NCBI GenBank assembly: GCA_964291625.2 | Contig: OZ220089.1 | Span: forward strand, 64,001-128,000 | Direction of reading: 5' to 3' | Length of the DNA stretch: 64,000 nt | Origin: Candidatus Latescibacterota bacterium | GTDB taxonomy: Bacteria > Latescibacterota > UBA2968 > UBA8231 | In this document: piece by piece, positions 28,078 through 41,054 of the stretch | Numbering within the stretch: position 1 is the stretch's first letter | How the letters are laid out: every line of letters starts with the position of its first letter | Notes under the pieces: generated by a model | The model's database searches: none | The model's input: only the letters and a program-made list of their open reading frames with translations | Told to the model about the DNA's origin: nothing | Made by a program: the position numbers and the translations under genes

Positions 28078-30236
28078 CGGTCTCGGTCGGCCTCGTCGGC
28101 AACCCCAACACCGGCAAGTCCACCCTCTTCAACGCCCTCACCGGTCTCTCGCAGCGGGTCGGCAACTACCCGGGCGTGACCGTCGAGCGCAAGGCCGGCT
28201 CCCTGCGCCTGCCCGACGGGACCGAGGCCGAGCTGGTCGACCTTCCCGGCGTGTACAGCCTCTCCGTCGACGCGCCCGACGAGCGGATCGCCGCCGAGGT
28301 CCTCCTCGAGGGCCGCCGCGACGAGATCGACGCGGTGATCGCCATCGTCGACGCCGGCAACCTGCGGCGCAACCTCTACCTGGTCTCCCAGCTCCTCGAA
28401 GGGGAACTCCCCGTCATCGTCGCCCTCAACATGTGCGACGTCGCCGAGGCCCGGGGGGTGCGGATCGACGCCGCCGGCCTCGAGGCGCGTCTGCAGACGC
28501 CGGTCGTGCCCATGGTCGCCAATCGAGGGCGGGGCATCGATGAGCTGCTCCGGCGGTTGCCGGAGACGCTCGAGGAAGAGAGGCCGACCCGGCAGCCCCC
28601 GCCCCTGCCCCCGGAGCTGGCCGGCGCGGTCGACCGCCTGCTGGCCGCCTCCGGGGAGGCGGGCGGGGGCCCGACCCGGCAGCAGGCGCTGCGCGCCCTC
28701 GTCGACGAGGGCGGCCCCTCGGAGCAGGGGCTGATCGAGGCCCGGGGCGACGGCTTCCGGCGCCTGCTCTCCGACCTGCGCAACGGCGCCGGCGTCTCCG
28801 CCCCCCTCTCGGCGATCGAGTCCGAGGCCCGGTATGCCTGGATCGGGCAGGTCCTCGATGGCTGCGTCCGGGAGGGGCCCCCCCTCGGCCGGAGCCACTC
28901 CGACCGCATCGACCGCGTCCTCACGCACCGCGTCTTCGGACTGGCCGCCTTCCTGGGGCTCAGCGCCATCCTCTTCCAGGGCATCTACGCCTGGGCGACG
29001 CCGGCCATGGACCTCGTGGAGACCGCCGTCTCCGCCCTGGGAGCCGCCCTCGGTTCCTCCCTGCCCGAGGGACCGCTGCGGAGCCTGCTCGTCGACGGCG
29101 TCGTCGCCGGCGTTGGCGGCGTGCTCGTCTTCCTGCCCCAGATCGCCCTCCTCTTCCTGCTGATCGCGATCCTGGAGGACTGCGGCTACATGTCCCGCGC
29201 CGCCCTGCTCATGGACCGCCTCCTCGGCCGGCTGGGGCTCTCCGGACGCTCCTTCATCCCCCTGCTCTCCAGCTTCGCCTGCGCCGTGCCGGGGGTGATG
29301 GCGGCGCGCACCATCGCCGACCGGCGCGACCGCTTCGTCACCGTCCTCGTGGCGCCGCTCATGAGCTGCTCCGCGCGGCTGCCGGTGTACGCCCTGTTCA
29401 TCGCCGCCTTCATCCCCGAGCGCGCCCTCCTCGGCGGCTGGGTGGGGCTCCAAGGCCTGACCCTGCTGGCCATGTACTCCCTCGGCGCGCTGGTGGCCGT
29501 GCCCGTCGCCTGGTTGCTGCGCAGGACCCTCCTGCGGGGGGAGTCGAGCCCGTTCCTGCTGGAGCTGCCGGCCTACAACTGGCCGACGCCGCGCACCGTG
29601 CTGCTGCGCGTCTACCAGGCCAGCCGCGCCTTCGTCGTGCGCGCCGGCAGCGTCATCCTCGCCGCCACCATCGTCATGTGGGCCCTGGCCTACTATCCGC
29701 GGTCGTCGGAGATCGCCGACCGCTACGAGGCCGAACGCACCGCCGCCGCGGTCCTCGCCGAGGAGGTCCGCGAGGCCCGTCTCGCCGGCATCGACCGGGC
29801 CGAGGCCGCCGACTACCTGCGGTCCAGCTACCTCGGCCGCGCCGGCCGGAGCCTCGAGCCCGTCTTCGAGCCCCTGGGCTGGGACTGGCGCATCGGCATG
29901 GCGGCCCTCGCCTCCTTCCCGGCCCGGGAGGTGATCATCTCCGCCCTGGGAACCATCTACAGCCTCGGCTCCGACGTGAACGAGACCTCGCCGGAGCTGC
30001 GCGACGGGTTGCGCCAGGCCAGGCGGCCCGACGGCAGCCCCGCCCTGAACGTGCCCGTGGCCCTGTCGGTGATGGTGTTCTTCGCCCTCTGCGCCCAGTG
30101 CATGTCCACCCTCGCCGTCATCCAGCGCGAGACCTCGAGCTGGGCCTGGCCGGTCTTCGCCTTCGTCTACATGACCGCCCTGGCCTACGCCGGCGCCCTG
30201 GCCGCCTACCGCCTCGGCCTGTGGATGGGATGGTGA
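28074..30236 (+). CDS. feoB: Ferrous iron transport protein B
   Basis: GNPNTGKS, GNYPGVTVE, DLPGVYSL, NMCD, SSFACAVP, MSCSARLPVY, FLLELPAY. Confidence 0.96.
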   Translation: MTVSVGLVGNPNTGKSTLFNALTGLSQRVGNYPGVTVERKAGSLRLPDGTEAELVDLPGVYSLSVDAPDERIAAEVLLEGRRDEIDAVIAIVDAGNLRRNLYLVSQLLEGELPVIVALNMCDVAEARGVRIDAAGLEARLQTPVVPMVANRGRGIDELLRRLPETLEEERPTRQPPPLPPELAGAVDRLLAASGEAGGGPTRQQALRALVDEGGPSEQGLIEARGDGFRRLLSDLRNGAGVSAPLSAIESEARYAWIGQVLDGCVREGPPLGRSHSDRIDRVLTHRVFGLAAFLGLSAILFQGIYAWATPAMDLVETAVSALGAALGSSLPEGPLRSLLVDGVVAGVGGVLVFLPQIALLFLLIAILEDCGYMSRAALLMDRLLGRLGLSGRSFIPLLSSFACAVPGVMAARTIADRRDRFVTVLVAPLMSCSARLPVYALFIAAFIPERALLGGWVGLQGLTLLAMYSLGALVAVPVAWLLRRTLLRGESSPFLLELPAYNWPTPRTVLLRVYQASRAFVVRAGSVILAATIVMWALAYYPRSSEIADRYEAERTAAAVLAEEVREARLAGIDRAEAADYLRSSYLGRAGRSLEPVFEPLGWDWRIGMAALASFPAREVIISALGTIYSLGSDVNETSPELRDGLRQARRPDGSPALNVPVALSVMVFFALCAQCMSTLAVIQRETSSWAWPVFAFVYMTALAYAGALAAYRLGLWMGW

Positions 30237-30447
30237 CCGCCGTGGACTGGCAGGCCCCGGTCACCGTCGTCCTCGCCGCGGCTTGTGCGGTCTACCTCCT
30301 GTACGGCTGGCTGCGCCCCCTGTTCTCCCGGGTGGCCGGCGCCTGCGGCGCCTGTCCGGCCTGCGGTTCCGGCGAAGAGGATGGAGAGCCGGGGCTCGTG
30401 CAGATCGACGCCGCCGAGGGGCCCGCCGGGGACCGGGCCTCCGCCCG

Positions 30448-30451
<4 letters not shown>
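30230..30451 (+). CDS. FeoB-associated Cys-rich membrane protein
   Basis: One TM helix, then CGACPAC; overlaps the feoB stop. Confidence 0.7.
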
Positions 30452-32567
<2,116 letters not shown>

Positions 32568-33050
32568 CTAGGCCTGCCCGAACCTCTCCCGGAGGCGCCT
32601 CTCCACTCCCGGCGGCACGAAGCGGCTCACGTCGCCGCCGTGCTCGGCGACCTGCTTCACCGTGGACGACCGCAGGTACATGTACTCGGCGCTGGTCATC
32701 AGGTAGACGGTGTCGAACTCCTCCCAGAGGCTGCGGTTCATGAGGGCCATGGAGAACTCGGACTCGAAGTCGGTCACCGCCCGCAGGCCGCGCACGGCCT
32801 GGCGGATCCCGTGGGCGCGCGCGTAGTCGACCAGGAGTCCGTCGGTGGCGTCGACCTCGACCTGGGGCCATTGGGAGGTGGCCTCGCGGATCATGGCCAG
32901 GTTCTCCTCGTCGGTGAAGGTCGACCGCTTGTCGGGGTTCACGGCTAGGAGCACCACGAGGCCGTCGTACATGTCGAGGGCGCGCTCTATGATGTTCAGG
33001 TGACCCCGGGTGATGGGGTCGAAACTGCCCGGATAGACGGCTCGGCTCAT
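32568..33050 (-). CDS. coaD: Pantetheine-phosphate adenylyltransferase
   Basis: YPGSFDPITRGH, RGLRAVTDFESE, SSTVKQVA. Confidence 0.96.
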   Translation of the reverse strand: MSRAVYPGSFDPITRGHLNIIERALDMYDGLVVLLAVNPDKRSTFTDEENLAMIREATSQWPQVEVDATDGLLVDYARAHGIRQAVRGLRAVTDFESEFSMALMNRSLWEEFDTVYLMTSAEYMYLRSSTVKQVAEHGGDVSRFVPPGVERRLRERFGQA

Positions 33051-33143
33051 CGTTCCTCCTCGGCGGACTCGGTGATGACGGCGCGGACATCCGACGGCCC
33101 CCACCCCCCGGCCCTGGCGTGGAGTCGGATCCGGACCATGGGG

Positions 33144-34049
33144 TCAGGCCTCCAGGGTCGAACGGTACGCGAGGCCGGCGGCGACGGCGAAGGCGCCCGG
33201 CGGATGCCCGCTGCGCTCCAGTCCGCGGGAGGCCTCCGGCCGGCGGGCCAGGCCGCTGAAGGGGTCCAGGAGGGCCACGCTGTCGGCGAGACCGGCCAGC
33301 CCCTCGGCGTGGGCGGGACCCTCCGGCCCGCTCAGCCACAAGGCGCGGGGCGGCTCTTCCCCGAGCTCTTCCTCCAGCATCTCCCTAAGGTGCCCCGCCA
33401 GGTCGTCGCCGCGGCCGTCGGCGGGCCACACCCACTCGGCCTCGTACTCCCCGGCGCGCAGCAGGACCGCCCGCGCCTGCCGGGCCTCCCCGTGGACGAT
33501 GAGGTCCACGCCCTCGGCCGCCGACGGGCGGCTGCCCTCCAGGGCGTGGCACAGGGCGAAGGAGGCCATGTCGAACCCGGGGGCGTCGACGCCGGATTCC
33601 TCGCAGAGGGTGTTCCACCGGGCGAGGAGCTCCCGGTGCGCCGCGGCCACGAAGCCGTGCCGCCGGGTCACGAGGTAGTCGACGACGTAGTCGTCCAGGT
33701 CGTCCCCCAGGAGCTGACCCGCCTCCCAGCGCAGGTGGTCCCGGCTCGGCCCCTCGGCGCCCGGCAGCACCGGGCGGCGGCGGAGGATGGTGGCCGGACC
33801 GCCCAGGGGGAGATAGGGCCGGCCCCGCGGCAGTCCGAGGTCCCGCAGCTCGCGCAGGGCCCCGGCCAGTCCGCGGCGGGCGTCCTCATCGGCCAGATCC
33901 TGCGGCAGGCGGGGCGCCTTCTCGAGGGCGGCGGCCGAGCAGTAGGTCAGGGAGAGCCGGCCCCGGCGGCGGGTCAGCCCGACGGCGTACACGGCCTCGG
34001 CCCCGAAGTGGATCCCCGTGTGGTGGGTCGTTGCGCGCCAGCCGGGCAC
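33144..34049 (-). CDS. PilM-like (type IV pilus assembly, actin-like) protein, divergent
   Basis: GIHFGAEAVYAV N-terminus; LWLSG, LLDPF and AFAVAAGLAYR C-terminus, typical of PilM. Confidence 0.6.
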   Translation of the reverse strand: MPGWRATTHHTGIHFGAEAVYAVGLTRRRGRLSLTYCSAAALEKAPRLPQDLADEDARRGLAGALRELRDLGLPRGRPYLPLGGPATILRRRPVLPGAEGPSRDHLRWEAGQLLGDDLDDYVVDYLVTRRHGFVAAAHRELLARWNTLCEESGVDAPGFDMASFALCHALEGSRPSAAEGVDLIVHGEARQARAVLLRAGEYEAEWVWPADGRGDDLAGHLREMLEEELGEEPPRALWLSGPEGPAHAEGLAGLADSVALLDPFSGLARRPEASRGLERSGHPPGAFAVAAGLAYRSTLEA

Positions 34050-34060
34050 GAGAAGGGACC

Positions 34061-34438
34061 TCAGTCCGCCGTCACCAGGGGGCGGAGCCGCTCCACCGTG
34101 CGTGGCCCGATCCCCCTCACGGCGGTCAGGTCGTCGACGGCGGCGAAGGGGCCGTTGGCCTCGCGGTGGGCGATGATCGCCGCTGCCGTCTTCGGCCCGA
34201 TGTGGGGCAGGCTCTCCAACTCGGTTCGCGTGGCCTGGTTGATGGAGACGATGGGCGGCGGCAGGTGGACGACCGACTCGGGAGCCGGAGGCGGCACCTC
34301 CACCGCCTGGGGGACGACGTGGAAGTCCTCGAGACGGTCCGGGCGGTGGTGATCGACGACGGCCACCGCCGAACCGACCAGCAGGGCGCCGCTGAGGAAC
34401 AGCACCGCCACCTGCTCCTGGCGATTGAGGTGTATCAA
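34061..34438 (-). CDS. comEA: ComEA-family helix-hairpin-helix DNA-binding membrane protein
   Basis: TM helix, then VSINQATRTELESLPHIGPKTAAAIIAHREANGPF...VRGIGPRT; TTG start inferred. Confidence 0.85.
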   Translation of the reverse strand: MIHLNRQEQVAVLFLSGALLVGSAVAVVDHHRPDRLEDFHVVPQAVEVPPPAPESVVHLPPPIVSINQATRTELESLPHIGPKTAAAIIAHREANGPFAAVDDLTAVRGIGPRTVERLRPLVTAD

Positions 34439-34461
34439 GATAGTCCCGCTCCCATCCCCGG

Positions 34462-37400
34462 CTACCTGAAGAACAGGGTTCCCCCCACCTTGACCTCGCG
34501 CACCTTGCGGGTGCGGTGGTTTTGGGGGGTGCGGTTCTCGAGGCGGATCAGGCCGCTGCCGCGGAAGCTCTCGCTGAAGTTGTAGGTGCCGTCGAGGCGC
34601 ACCTCCCAGCGGTCGGTGGAGTCGAAGGCCTGCAGGTCCAGCTCGCCCGTGGCGTTCTCCCGGGCCTGGCTCTCCAGGGTGAGGGAGAGCTTGAGGTCGA
34701 GGTTGCTCTTGAGGGTGCCGATGAGGGGCAGCTTCCGCGGCCTCAGCTTGTAGCGGGTCTCGAGGTTGGTGGAGCGCCGCTCGTCTACGCCGCGGCCCCT
34801 CAGCGGCGGGCGCTTGCCGAGGGAGGCCTCGCTGGTGGAGAGGTCGGCCAGCTCGTAGTTGACCGATTCGTTCCGGCTGCGGCGCATCTCCAGGCGCGTC
34901 GTCGGGCCGATCCGCCACTGCCCCGTCCACGAGACGTTCCACTCCCGCTTGGTGCTCTCCTCGATCAGGTTCGCCGGCTCGAGGCTGCCCTCGGCCTGCT
35001 CGGTCCGCGCCGACTGCATGCGCACGTTGACCTGGGCGCTGTTGAGGTAGCGCCGCAGCAGCGGCACCCGGTCGGCCCTCGACCAGGCCACGGCGAGGCC
35101 GGGCCAGGTCAGCTGCCGCTCGACGCGGATCCGGTTCTGGCTGCTGCCCGAGCGCCACGACACCTGCTCCTTGAAGGTCGGCTTGACGCTGAAGCCGAGG
35201 GGCAGCCGCAGCCCGGAGCCCAGGTCGGTGTTGGCCGAGCGGTTCCAGCTGTCGGTCCGCGTCAGCCCGGCGGCGCGCTGCTCGACGAGGAGACTGTCGC
35301 CGAAGCCGAGCTGGTAGGCCAGGTCCGGACGTTCCACCAGGTTGTAGTTGCGGGCGTCGGTGTTGCGCCGCCAGGTGTAGCTGAAGGGCTCGACGTACGA
35401 CGACGAGAAGTGCAGGAACCGGCGCAGGAAGAAAGGCTGCCCGGGGCCCTCCTCCTCCTCCCCCTCCTCCGACCGGCGACGGGGTCCCGCCTGCGACCGG
35501 CGTCCCGGCGCCCCCACGGCCTTGAGCAGGGCCGGCAGACGCAGGTTGACCCGCGTGGTGAAGGTGTTCCGCGAGGTGATGTCCAGGGTCCGCACGACCC
35601 GCAGCCGGCCGTCGACGGTGTCGGTGAAGGCGGTCTGCCGGCTGCGGCGGGGATCGCTGTCCTCCTGGTAGTTGGCCTGGAAGGTGATGTTCGGGTCCAG
35701 CCAGCTCACCCAGCGCAACTGCAGCCGCAGGTCGGCCTTCTGGTTGCGGCCCACCTCGCGGCCGAAGGCCAGGGACCCGGGGTCGTACTTCTTGCGCAGG
35801 TCGCGGTGGACCTGAAGGTTGTAGTCCGAGGTCAGGGAGCGCAGGGGATTGACCTTGGTGGCGTAGATCTCCTTCAAGGTGAAGACTTCGTTGAAGGTCG
35901 TGTCGATCTGGGTCCTCTTCCAGGTCGCGCTCTCCTGGCGGTTGACGTTCACCGAGTAGCTCGCCGTGGCCGGCAGGGGCGACAGCTCCGAGTTGCGCAT
36001 CGACTTCGGCATGTATTCGGGCAGCCACCCCAGGTACTTCCACTTCGGCTTGGGCAGGGGCATCTTGTAGCGGAAGGAGCCGGTCTGCGCCTCGCGCGAG
36101 TCGACGGGGGTCACGGGCGAGAGGCGGTCGTCGATGGAGCTGGACCAGCGCAGGTTCATCTGGTCGATGGTCCAGCGCGCCGCCCAGTGCCGGCCGGCCC
36201 GCTTGCTCACCGAGACCTCGACATGGCGCTTCACCTGCTCCGAACGCATGGAGTCCTTCTCCGACGGCGTGAGCTCCACGTCGGAGTTGGGGGCGAAGCG
36301 CGGCAGGCTCTGGCTGTGGCTCAAGGTGACCTTCACGGGCACCGAGAAGCCCCAGCTCCCCGGCAGGAACTTGTCCAGGTGGGTCGTCGTCGACAGGCCG
36401 CTCCGCATGTCCGAGCTCTTGCGCCCCGTGCTGGTGATGGTGCGGTAGTTCTCCGCCCGCCAGTCGACGGAGGCGTCGACGTCCATGAAGTCGGCCAGTT
36501 GGGTGTTGATGCGGGCGTAGACGGCGGCGCCGGGATCGTTGCGGGCCTGGTCGAGGCGCAGCTCGTCGACGTACACGGCGCCGCTGAGGGAGCCGTCGGC
36601 GCCGCGGTTGCGCAGGCCCAGGCGCAGCTGCCGCACCTGCTGCATGGACGGTGTGCCGCTGACCCGGTAGACGGCCGGGGCCCCGTCGCGCACGCCGGGA
36701 TCCACGACGACGGTGTCGAGCTCGACGAGCTGCAGGCCGGTGGCGGTGTCGACGCGCCCCTCCAGCTCCCCCTTCAGCCGCGACATGAGCCGCAGGTCGA
36801 TCTCCACCTCGTTGCGTTCGTCCCAGCCGGGGAAGAGGGGGGTCACGTACTCGTAGTAGTTGAGGTCGTCGCGCCCGAAGCGGAGGAACAGCTCCAGGTT
36901 GCTGGAGTCGGGTGGCACCACGTAGGCGGCGTTCGAGTCGCCGTGGGCGAACATGCGCAGGCGGCGGTACTTGGTGTAGTCGGAGTTCCTCGTCAGGACC
37001 CGCGTGGCCGACGCCTCGTGGCCGGCCCCGAGGTTGACGAAGTCGAGGACCAGGGACTGCTCGCGCTCGCGCACGCGGGAGGTGGTGGAGCGCTCGCCCT
37101 TGACCCCCGGCGGCGGCTTGTAGCCCAGGTTCTCGTCGGTGCCGATGACGGCGACCTCGAAGAGCTCCTCCTCGGTGACGTCGAAGGCGTCCGGGTCGTA
37201 GCGGGAGACGCCATCGCCCTGCCATTCGTTGACTGCGATCTCCACGAGGGCGATGGCGACGCTGTCGGCCTCGGCCGGCCCGTTCTGCGTGGCGAAGATG
37301 AGACGGGCGTACCCGATGCGGCTCGAGTCCGGGGATCCGATGCGGCGCACGGACTCGTCGAACAGACGCAGCCGGAAGAGGCGCCAGCCGCGGCACTCGC

Positions 37401-40400
37401 CGGCGACCAGGGGCTCGCTGCAGGTGCCCGGTTCGTGGCGGTCCCGGGTCAGGTCGATCTCGTAGTGGTAGTAGTCGTTGCGCTGGTTGAGGTTGCCGTC
37501 GCCGTTGAGGTCCTCCGTGTCGGGGTGCTCGCGCACGCGCCGGTTGCCCTCGGTGCCGTTGTAGCGCGTGTAGTTGTGGCGGTCCCGCGTCGGATCGTAG
37601 TCCCAGTTGTCCCCCTCGGCGTCGCCCGGGTCGCGGCCGAGGGCGCGGATCAGGTCGCCGAAGCGGCTGCTCTTGTCGCTGAAGCTGAGCCCTTCCAGCT
37701 CCTCCGCCGTCACCTCCGTGTCCCGCGTCAGGTAGTAGTCGAGCTCCTCCTCGTCGGTGCGGCCGTCGATGCCGACGTCCTCCTCCTCGGAGAGAGTGCC
37801 GTCGCCGATGGCCCGTCCCCTCAGGGGCAGGTCCTCGGTGTCGATGCGGCCGTTGGGGATCCAGTCCTCGCTGATGTCGCCGAGATGGAGCTGCAGGGAG
37901 CCGCTTTGTCCGCGCAGCCAGATGCCGACGAACTTCGACTGGGAGAAGTCGCGCACGCCGCCGCTGAAGTCGGTCATCACCCCGCCCCAGGTCGTCACCC
38001 CCGCGCCCTCCGGGGGCGTCACCTTCAGGGTGAGGACGTCGGTCTGCTCGTTGCGCGCCTCCACCTGGTCCCGCTGGCCGGGCCAGATCGAGGTCCGCTG
38101 CACGCGGTCGTAGGGGTTGTACCAGAGCGTCGGTCCGCGGTTCTCCAGGGTCAGGCCGCCGTCGGCGGGGACGCTCGCCGGCGTCCACCGGGAATAGAAC
38201 ACGGGCAGCAGGGTGGAGTGCTCGGAGCCCTCGAAGTCGTCGATGAACGCCTTGCCCCGGGTGTTCAGGTTCGGCCGGCTCTGGGCGATCTCGGCCTGGA
38301 CGGTCACCTTCGACGCCTGGGTCGTCGTCAGCAGCGGCAGAGCGTCGACGACGCGGGTCAGCAGGGGCGCCCGGAAGGTGGCTCGCACGTCCATGTCCCA
38401 GAGCACGGTGCGGGCCGGCTCGTTGCCGACCCGCACCCGCCGGTCGCCGCTCTGGTTGTTGTAAATGAGGGTGCCGCCCACGACCCCGTCGCCGCCGAGG
38501 AACTCGTACTCGGCGCGGGTGCCGAGGAGGGTCTTCTGCTGGCGCCCGAGACCGATGAGGTCCTGGCTCTCGAAGGTGATCTCCAGGTCGGCGGCCGGAT
38601 CGGCTACCTGGTCGGCGGCGGCTCCGAGGAACTGCACCTCCCCCGTGTAGGTCACGGAGTAGTCCACGTTCTGGGTCAGCTGGCGCCCGTCGAGGCGAAC
38701 CTCCACCGACTCCACATCGATGCTGGTCAGCCTTCCCTGGGTCAGGTTGATGCGCTGCTCCGAGGAGCTGTTGATCACCTGGATGATGTAGCGGCTCGCC
38801 TCGACGTGGTCGCGGTGCTGCTCGGTGTCGTAGATCTCGGGGACCCGGTCCTCGAGGCCGTACTTCGACAGTTGCGGATCGAAGGGCCGCTGGTCGGGCA
38901 GGATCAGCACCCCCAGGTCCTCCCGGAGGCCGTCGTAGTCGGCGTCGATGATCTGGTCCGGCGGCGTGCCGGCGTCCTGCCCGTGAGTGTCGAGCCCCAT
39001 GAGCCGCAGGTAGGATCGTCCGCCCTGGGTCGACTCCGGCTCCTTGCCGGGCACCTCGCGCAGGATCTCCACCCGGATCCGCTGGCGGTCGAACTGGCGT
39101 CCGCGGGCGAAGCCCCGGACGATGCGGTACACGTTCTTCCACTCCAGGTCCCACGTGGGGAAGCCGGGCCGCGAGTCGCGCGCCTTGATCAGCTTGAGCC
39201 TCAGGGAGTCCTGGTCGGCGGCGGCGCTGCCCACCTCCCGGTCTCCGGCGCGGTAGGTCACGGCGAGGGCGTGACGATCCTGCACCGGCCGGCGCAGGGT
39301 GATGGAGCCCAGGGGGGCGTCCAGGATGTAGTCGTCGTCCGGGTCGAGGCGGTGCCAGGTGCCGACCTCGCGGTGGCCCGTCGAGTCGTTGCCGGCATCG
39401 CCCAGGTCGGCCTGGGCCCGGCCCGGGCGCGCCAGCTGCTCGGCGTCGTTGTTGACGTTGAAGTCGTTGACGTAGACCTGAAGGGTGCGCTCGTCCACCG
39501 GAACCTCGGGCCGGAAGTCGGAGGTGGAGACGGCGGCGTAGTCTTGCAGGCTCTCCTTGTAGTTGTGGTCGAGGAAGAAGAACTGGTTGCGCACGTACTC
39601 GTAGTCGCGGATCTCGGTGGTGTCGACCTGGGCGCCGCCGCGGAAGCTCTGGCGGTTGGACTCGCTCTTCTCGTGGCTGGCGATGGTCGTGAAGCCGAAG
39701 GGCCCCAGGCGCCCCTTGGCCCGGATCCCGAAGAGTCCCTTGTGCTGCTGGTTGAAGCCGACGAACCGCGTGTTGGGCAGGGAGAGGGTGGTGTTGCCCG
39801 CCTGCACCTCCTGGAAGATGTTGTCCTCGTCACCCTTGTAGTCGAGCTTGATCTGGTCGAGCTGGTCCTGCAGGTTCTGGCCGAAGGAGCTGGACAGGCC
39901 CCTGGTGTCCTGGTTGATGCGGATGTTGATCGCCTCCCCCACCTTGCCTTCCACCGAGAAGTCCGACTCCTGGTCCATGCTCAGGGCCGGGAACTTCGAC
40001 GACCCGCCCGCCAGGGTCCGGACCTCGTTGTCCGTCCAGCTGCTCTTGCCGCCGATCGAGGCGGTGTGAGAGCCGTTGATGCGCAGCGATCCCTCGTCGC
40101 CGATGAACCGCCTGACCACCGGCGGCGCCGGGATCGGCACCCTCCACTCCAGTCGCCCCCGCCGGCCCTCGCCCAGGCGCGATTCGCGGCGCATGCCCTC
40201 GCGCACCTCCTGCCGCCACTTCGTCCGGTAGAGGTGGCGGTTCCCCATCGCCAGGTAGCGCGCCAGGGGCAGGGTGATCGGCGGACCCTCGTCGAACCCG
40301 GCCGACCGCGGCTGGTAGTGGGCCCCGGTGGAGTCGATGGTCACCCGCTTGCTGGTGAAGGGGGTGCGGGACTCCACCAGGGGCGTCGCCGGCGGCCGCG

Positions 40401-40620
40401 CCCGCAGCAGCGGCGACCCGGCGCGGAAGGCGCCGTACTCCGCCGGATCGTGGAAGATCCGATGGACGGGGGCCCGGGGCGGGGGCTCGAGCCCGATCCC
40501 CGACCGGGCCGGAAGAGGGGTGAGGACAAGGGCGCCCAGGAGCGCGCACCCAAGGGCGAGGCGGAGGCCCGGGAACGCACCGGGGACCGGCCTCGGAATG
40601 GCGGAATCGGTTATGGGCAC
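34462..40620 (-). CDS. sprA: SprA-like type IX secretion outer-membrane translocon (cell surface protein SprA)
   Basis: 2052 aa; IKLDYKGDEDNIFQEVQAGNTTLSLP, QGLFG-like KGLFGIRA, WDLEWKNVY, AFIDDFEGS, LHLGDISED, DTEDLNG, YVDELRL; C-terminal beta-strands. Confidence 0.9.
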   Translation of the reverse strand: MPITDSAIPRPVPGAFPGLRLALGCALLGALVLTPLPARSGIGLEPPPRAPVHRIFHDPAEYGAFRAGSPLLRARPPATPLVESRTPFTSKRVTIDSTGAHYQPRSAGFDEGPPITLPLARYLAMGNRHLYRTKWRQEVREGMRRESRLGEGRRGRLEWRVPIPAPPVVRRFIGDEGSLRINGSHTASIGGKSSWTDNEVRTLAGGSSKFPALSMDQESDFSVEGKVGEAINIRINQDTRGLSSSFGQNLQDQLDQIKLDYKGDEDNIFQEVQAGNTTLSLPNTRFVGFNQQHKGLFGIRAKGRLGPFGFTTIASHEKSESNRQSFRGGAQVDTTEIRDYEYVRNQFFFLDHNYKESLQDYAAVSTSDFRPEVPVDERTLQVYVNDFNVNNDAEQLARPGRAQADLGDAGNDSTGHREVGTWHRLDPDDDYILDAPLGSITLRRPVQDRHALAVTYRAGDREVGSAAADQDSLRLKLIKARDSRPGFPTWDLEWKNVYRIVRGFARGRQFDRQRIRVEILREVPGKEPESTQGGRSYLRLMGLDTHGQDAGTPPDQIIDADYDGLREDLGVLILPDQRPFDPQLSKYGLEDRVPEIYDTEQHRDHVEASRYIIQVINSSSEQRINLTQGRLTSIDVESVEVRLDGRQLTQNVDYSVTYTGEVQFLGAAADQVADPAADLEITFESQDLIGLGRQQKTLLGTRAEYEFLGGDGVVGGTLIYNNQSGDRRVRVGNEPARTVLWDMDVRATFRAPLLTRVVDALPLLTTTQASKVTVQAEIAQSRPNLNTRGKAFIDDFEGSEHSTLLPVFYSRWTPASVPADGGLTLENRGPTLWYNPYDRVQRTSIWPGQRDQVEARNEQTDVLTLKVTPPEGAGVTTWGGVMTDFSGGVRDFSQSKFVGIWLRGQSGSLQLHLGDISEDWIPNGRIDTEDLPLRGRAIGDGTLSEEEDVGIDGRTDEEELDYYLTRDTEVTAEELEGLSFSDKSSRFGDLIRALGRDPGDAEGDNWDYDPTRDRHNYTRYNGTEGNRRVREHPDTEDLNGDGNLNQRNDYYHYEIDLTRDRHEPGTCSEPLVAGECRGWRLFRLRLFDESVRRIGSPDSSRIGYARLIFATQNGPAEADSVAIALVEIAVNEWQGDGVSRYDPDAFDVTEEELFEVAVIGTDENLGYKPPPGVKGERSTTSRVREREQSLVLDFVNLGAGHEASATRVLTRNSDYTKYRRLRMFAHGDSNAAYVVPPDSSNLELFLRFGRDDLNYYEYVTPLFPGWDERNEVEIDLRLMSRLKGELEGRVDTATGLQLVELDTVVVDPGVRDGAPAVYRVSGTPSMQQVRQLRLGLRNRGADGSLSGAVYVDELRLDQARNDPGAAVYARINTQLADFMDVDASVDWRAENYRTITSTGRKSSDMRSGLSTTTHLDKFLPGSWGFSVPVKVTLSHSQSLPRFAPNSDVELTPSEKDSMRSEQVKRHVEVSVSKRAGRHWAARWTIDQMNLRWSSSIDDRLSPVTPVDSREAQTGSFRYKMPLPKPKWKYLGWLPEYMPKSMRNSELSPLPATASYSVNVNRQESATWKRTQIDTTFNEVFTLKEIYATKVNPLRSLTSDYNLQVHRDLRKKYDPGSLAFGREVGRNQKADLRLQLRWVSWLDPNITFQANYQEDSDPRRSRQTAFTDTVDGRLRVVRTLDITSRNTFTTRVNLRLPALLKAVGAPGRRSQAGPRRRSEEGEEEEGPGQPFFLRRFLHFSSSYVEPFSYTWRRNTDARNYNLVERPDLAYQLGFGDSLLVEQRAAGLTRTDSWNRSANTDLGSGLRLPLGFSVKPTFKEQVSWRSGSSQNRIRVERQLTWPGLAVAWSRADRVPLLRRYLNSAQVNVRMQSARTEQAEGSLEPANLIEESTKREWNVSWTGQWRIGPTTRLEMRRSRNESVNYELADLSTSEASLGKRPPLRGRGVDERRSTNLETRYKLRPRKLPLIGTLKSNLDLKLSLTLESQARENATGELDLQAFDSTDRWEVRLDGTYNFSESFRGSGLIRLENRTPQNHRTRKVREVKVGGTLFFR

Positions 40621-41054
40621 GGGCAGGCGGCGGGTCCCTTGCGTCCGGCGGCGGGAGTGGAGGGCCCCCGGAAGCGGGGTCGCCCGGCGGGCCGTGGCCG
40701 GGGAGGGCGAGGCGGCCTCCCGGGGAGCGCGGCCCCCTTGGGGACCTCCGGCCGGGGAGCCTGGAGGCGGGTCTGCAGGTAGGGGGACGGGACGGCGCCA
40801 TAGCCCTCTGGGAACCTACGGGAGGGGCCGGGATCCGGCAATCGGAGAACCCGCCGCTCCGGCGGACAGCGGCGCCCGCCGGAACAAGCGAAAGCCGTTC
40901 CTCCCATCCGGCCGGCGGCGCAGCGGCCGGAAGACGGCGCGGAGTGACGACCGGCGCACACACCGGCGACACCCACGGCACCCGGAGCGGCCCTCCTCCT
41001 CGGTCCGGACGGGGCCTGTCGGCGGGTCTCTAGACAGACCCATCACGGGGCTCC

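Noticed and set aside
34516-40782. 2088-aa plus-strand ORF, plus other long ORFs such as 18-3167, 2060-5707 and most of 34061-39154
   Set aside because: Antisense or alternate-frame shadows of real genes, expected at this GC content; no recognisable motifs.
40621-41054. Structured ncRNA in the sprA-lptF intergenic region
   Set aside because: GC-rich hairpins are present but I recognise no RNase P, tmRNA, SRP, 6S or riboswitch motif; an Rfam search would be needed.
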